Shown here: piece by piece, positions 60,485 to 64,000 of the stretch
How the letters are laid out: each line of letters opens with the position of its first letter
How positions within the stretch are numbered: the stretch's first letter is position 1
Source: Candidatus Eiseniibacteriota bacterium
Lineage (GTDB): Bacteria; Eisenbacteria; RBG-16-71-46
Direction of reading: 5' to 3'
Assembly: GCA_038231135.1 (NCBI GenBank)
Contig: JBBRLX010000015.1
Span: forward strand, 23,982 to 87,981
Length of the DNA stretch: 64,000 bases
Notes under the pieces: model-generated
The model's database searches: none
Seen by the model: the letters and a program-made list of their open reading frames with translations, nothing else
What the model was told of the DNA's origin: nothing
Made by a program: the position numbers and the translations under genes

Positions 60485-61830
60485 CGGCAAAACGGCTGGA
60501 CGTGCTGGTGGTCGACGACGATCCCGCGATTCGCGACGCGCTGCGCCAGGTACTCGAGCACGCCGGGCACGACGTGGTGGAGGCGGACACCGGCGAGCGC
60601 GCGCTCGAGTTGCTCGAGGCGCGGCCCATGGACGTCGTGCTGCTCGACCTCGCGATGCCGGGCATGCACGGACTCGACGCGCTGGAGCGGCTGCGGGAGC
60701 TGGCGCCCGACTTGGGTGTGATCATCGTGTCGGGTGAAGCGACGATCGCGAACGCCATCAAGGCCGGCCAGCGCGGCGCCTACGATTTCATCGAGAAGCC
60801 GCCGGACCGCGAGCGACTGCTCGAGGTGGTCGCCGAGGCCGCGCAGATCACCCGGCTGCGCCGCAGCGCGCCCGACGTGCCGCGGGCGCCCGACAGCGAT
60901 CTCGGCATCGTGGGTGGCAGCCCGGCGATCCAGGCGCTGATCGACACCGTGCGCCGCATCGCGCCGTCCCAGGGCCGCGTGCTGATCACCGGCGAGAACG
61001 GCTCGGGCAAGGAACTCGTCGCGCTCGCGCTCCACCGGCTGTCGCGCCGCGCCGCAGGCCCGTTCGTGAAAATCAACTGCGCCGCGATCCCGCGCGATCT
61101 GGTCGAGAGCGAGCTGTTCGGCTACGAGCGCGGGGCGTTCACGGGCGCGGTGCAGCCCAAGAAGGGCCGGCTCGAGCTGGCGAACGAGGGCACGCTGTTC
61201 CTCGACGAGATCGGCGACCTGGCGCTCGATGCGCAGGCCAAGCTGCTGCGCGCGATCGAGACCGGCGAGATCGAGCGCGTCGGCGGCACCCGCACGACGG
61301 CGTTCGACGTGCGCATCGTCGCCGCCACGAACAAGGACCTGACGGCCGCGGTCGAGGACGGCAGCTTTCGCGAGGACCTGTTCTACCGGCTGAACGTGCT
61401 GCCGATCCACGTGCCGCCGCTGCGCGAGCGGCCGTCCGACGTGACGCCGCTGGCGGAGTACTTCCTCGCGCGGTTCTGCGACGCCGAGGGCCGGCCACCC
61501 AAGCACCTGACCGCCGAGGCGGGCACGGTGCTGGCGGAGTACCACTGGCCCGGCAACGTCCGCGAGCTGCGCAATCTCATGGAACGCGCGGCGATCCTGG
61601 TGGACGGCACCGCGGTGCGCGCGGAGGACCTGGCCCCGTGGCTCGACAGCGCGTCGGCGCGCGAGGACGGCGTCGGCCTGCGCGGCGAGATCGAGCGCCG
61701 CGAGGCGGAGGCGATACGCAAGGCGCTGGAAACCGCGAACTGGAACGTGACGCAGGCCGCGGCCGGGCTCGGCATCGATCGCACGAACCTGCATCGCAAG
61801 ATGCGCAAGTACGGGATCGCCCGGCGCTGA
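60481..61830 (+). CDS. NtrX/NtrC-like sigma54 response regulator
   Basis: REC domain (VVDDD, LDLAMP), [22 protein letters not shown], Fis HTH. Confidence 0.95.
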   Translation: MTAKRLDVLVVDDDPAIRDALRQVLEHAGHDVVEADTGERALELLEARPMDVVLLDLAMPGMHGLDALERLRELAPDLGVIIVSGEATIANAIKAGQRGAYDFIEKPPDRERLLEVVAEAAQITRLRRSAPDVPRAPDSDLGIVGGSPAIQALIDTVRRIAPSQGRVLITGENGSGKELVALALHRLSRRAAGPFVKINCAAIPRDLVESELFGYERGAFTGAVQPKKGRLELANEGTLFLDEIGDLALDAQAKLLRAIETGEIERVGGTRTTAFDVRIVAATNKDLTAAVEDGSFREDLFYRLNVLPIHVPPLRERPSDVTPLAEYFLARFCDAEGRPPKHLTAEAGTVLAEYHWPGNVRELRNLMERAAILVDGTAVRAEDLAPWLDSASAREDGVGLRGEIERREAEAIRKALETANWNVTQAAAGLGIDRTNLHRKMRKYGIARR

Positions 61831-61889
61831 CGCATTCCGCCTCAGACGCGGCGAACGGGTAGAGTCGGGACCGACCCGGAGGCAACCCC

Positions 61890-63197
61890 GTGACCCGAAC
61901 ACCGCTCTGCCTGTCCGCCGCGATCCGCATACTCGCATTCACGCTCCTGCTGCCGGCGGCGCCGGGCGTCCAGGCACGCCCGGCGGCCGCGGCTCCCGGG
62001 GATTCGCTCCGATTCGCCCCCGCCGAGGACGAGACCACCGGCGTGGCACCCGCCGGCCGCTCCCGACCGGTGTCCGGTGACGAGTTGCCGCGCGCGCCGT
62101 TCGGCGAGCACCTGGTCACCGATCCCGAGACGTGGCGCCGTCACGGTGAGTCCAACGACCGCACCTATCTGCTCGTGGACTACAACCGTGTCGACCGCCT
62201 GCGGATCGGTGGCGGCTACGAGCTGCAACGGCCGGAGACGCTGCTGCCGCGCGCCGGCGCCCGCCTCGAGTACGCGATCCAGCGCGACCGGGTGCTCTAC
62301 GGATTCCAGGTCGAACAACCGCTGTTCGATGCGCGGCGGTTCGCGATCGGCGCGTCGGTGGTGCGCCGCACCGATCACAACGAGCTGGAGCAGCTCTCGG
62401 ACGTCGAGAACAGCCTGGCGCTGGTGTTCGGACGCCAGGACTACCGCGACTATTTCGAGCGCGAGGGCTTCGGCGGCTACGTCGCCGCCCGGCTGCCGGA
62501 CATCACGACGTTCAGCGTGAACGCGCGCAACGACACCTACCGCTCGCTCGCGCTCGACCGCGGCGTCTGGTCCATGTTCGACCGCAACCGGGCGCTGCGG
62601 CCCAATCCGCCGATCGACCCGGGCGAGTCGCACACGCTGTCGTACCGGCTCGAACACCGCGCGCGCCGCGTGCGGCTCAAGGCCGGGTTCTACCACTGGA
62701 TCGATCTCGAGCGGGCCGGGCACGGGCTGGGCGGCGCGTTCGAGTACACCCGGCTGCTCGCCGACCTGCGCAGCGTGGTGCGGCTGACGCCGGTATCGGC
62801 GATCGCCGTGCGCGCCGTGGCGGGGCACACGCTGGACGGCGCGCTGCCGGTCCAGCGCACGTTCTCGGCCGGCGGCGTCGACGGGCTGCGGGCGCATGCA
62901 TTCGGCGCCTATCGCGGCAACGAGCTGCTGCTCACCCAGACCGAGTACACGCTCGGGCTGCCGCGGCTGACCACCAAGTTCTTCGAGAGCGGGGTGCACC
63001 TGATCGCGTTCCTGGACGCCGGCCGCGCGTGGCACAGCGACGCCCACCGGTGGGACATCGGGCGCCAGCACGTCGCGGCCGACGGCGGTCTCGGCATCGG
63101 CACGTCCGAGGACAACCTGCGGGTGTACTTCGCGAAGGATTTACACGAGTCGAAGTCCGACATCCTCGTGAGCGTGCGCCTGCGGCGTCCGTTCTGA
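61890..63197 (+). CDS. BamA/TamA-like outer-membrane beta-barrel protein
   Basis: YNRVD motif, GG..GLRAH, FLDAGRAW, alternating strands, terminal Phe. Confidence 0.75.
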   Translation: MTRTPLCLSAAIRILAFTLLLPAAPGVQARPAAAAPGDSLRFAPAEDETTGVAPAGRSRPVSGDELPRAPFGEHLVTDPETWRRHGESNDRTYLLVDYNRVDRLRIGGGYELQRPETLLPRAGARLEYAIQRDRVLYGFQVEQPLFDARRFAIGASVVRRTDHNELEQLSDVENSLALVFGRQDYRDYFEREGFGGYVAARLPDITTFSVNARNDTYRSLALDRGVWSMFDRNRALRPNPPIDPGESHTLSYRLEHRARRVRLKAGFYHWIDLERAGHGLGGAFEYTRLLADLRSVVRLTPVSAIAVRAVAGHTLDGALPVQRTFSAGGVDGLRAHAFGAYRGNELLLTQTEYTLGLPRLTTKFFESGVHLIAFLDAGRAWHSDAHRWDIGRQHVAADGGLGIGTSEDNLRVYFAKDLHESKSDILVSVRLRRPF

Positions 63198-63210
63198 GGC
63201 GGAGCCTCCC

Positions 63211-63867
63211 GTGCACCGTTTGCGCGCCCCGCTGCTGAGCATGCTCGTGCTGTCGCTGATCGCGGCAGGGCGGGCGCTCGCGCTCGACGTGACGCTCGAA
63301 CGGCCGCGCGAGAACGGCGGATACGTGTGGGCGGACCTGAGGCTCGACGACCTGTTCCCGCCGCGCGTCGAACAGAGCCTGGCGCGCGGCATGCCGGCCA
63401 CGCTGCTGCTTCACGCCGAGCTGTGGCGCCGGCGCAGCGCCTGGTTCGACCGCCTCGAGAACACCTACGAATCACCGCTCAAGATCCGCTACGACGTGTG
63501 GACCGAGCAATACCTGATGGAGCGCGCGGGGGCGCCGACGATCGCCCTGGCGTCGCTCGACTCCGTGCGCGCCGTGCTGTCGCGGCCGCTGGCGCTGCCG
63601 GTGGGGCGCGTGGGACAGCTCGACACGAACGCGCGCTACTACCTCGCGGTATCGGTGACACTGAAGCCGCTCACGGTGGAGGATCTCGAGGAGGGCGAGG
63701 GCTGGCTGTCGGGTGAGGTCGCGACCAAGCGGCACTCGGGATTCGGCATCATCACGGGGGTGCCGGGGGCGGTGTTCGACGCGGTGCGGAACTTTGCGGG
63801 GTTCGGGGATCAGCGGGCGCGGGCGCAGTCGCCGGACTTTGATCTCGCGACCTTGTTCCATCACTAG
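63211..63867 (+). CDS. DUF4390-like exported protein
   Basis: Signal peptide; SLARGMPATL...ELWRRR..WFD, IRYDVWTEQY; family usually found near ntrY/ntrX. Confidence 0.75.
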   Translation: MHRLRAPLLSMLVLSLIAAGRALALDVTLERPRENGGYVWADLRLDDLFPPRVEQSLARGMPATLLLHAELWRRRSAWFDRLENTYESPLKIRYDVWTEQYLMERAGAPTIALASLDSVRAVLSRPLALPVGRVGQLDTNARYYLAVSVTLKPLTVEDLEEGEGWLSGEVATKRHSGFGIITGVPGAVFDAVRNFAGFGDQRARAQSPDFDLATLFHH

Positions 63868-64000
63868 CAGGCTGCTGAAAAAGGGGTGAACTTGAGCCGC
63901 TGGAGCGAGTAGGTTGGAACGTATCCAGGAAGGAGACCTCTCCCATGATGGGCACGACCAACACTCAGGCTTCGATGTTCCAGTATACGTCGCTCGAACA
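63868..64000 (+). mobile_element. Left end of an IS5/IS1182-like insertion sequence
   Basis: CTAG target directly followed by TIR-like CAGGCTGCTGAAAAA; transposase start downstream. Confidence 0.75.
63945..64000 (+). CDS. Transposase N-terminus (partial)
   Basis: AAGGAG RBS; MMGTTNTQASMFQYTSLE resembles the M.G...Q..MF.Y.SLE start of DUF772-type transposases. Confidence 0.7.
   Translation, partial: MMGTTNTQASMFQYTSLE

Overview
High-GC diderm bacterial chromosome. The coaBC-udg-dnaB synteny, lpxH, a PorV-like barrel and a FlgD/T9SS-type-tailed S8 protease suggest an FCB-adjacent lineage such as Eisenbacteria/Latescibacterota; this placement is inference only. Most of the window is housekeeping: gltX, ispF/ispD, radA, mlaDFE, dnaB with a 180-aa mini-intein, udg, coaBC, rpoZ, gmk, yicC, selB, murA, prmC, prfA, rpmE, rho, lpdA, amidase, htrA, lpxH, ppx, rlmN and an NtrY/NtrX-like pair. 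An IS begins at the right edge. The unexplained parts are five. (1) A small secreted-peptide gene, then a 1032-aa TPR-GAF-AAA+-HTH sigma54 activator, then a sigma54 promoter, a ~380-nt ORF-less RNA with three ~80-86-nt folded domains and a terminator, then a second sigma54 promoter for an envelope operon whose two proteins share a CxDCH..FDPYYxxC motif. This is a candidate peptide-sensing, sigma54-driven ncRNA circuit. (2) A second candidate sigma54-dependent ~120-nt sRNA divergent from rho. (3) A four-gene cassette splitting prfA-prmC: Yip1-like membrane protein, CxxC thioredoxin-like protein and two hydrophobic two-cysteine peptides, resembling a disulfide bacteriocin locus. (4) REP/MITE-like palindromic elements and a long RNA-like rod. 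(5) A solitary low-GC DUF3883-type nuclease. All calls were made by eye; no searches or folding programs were run.
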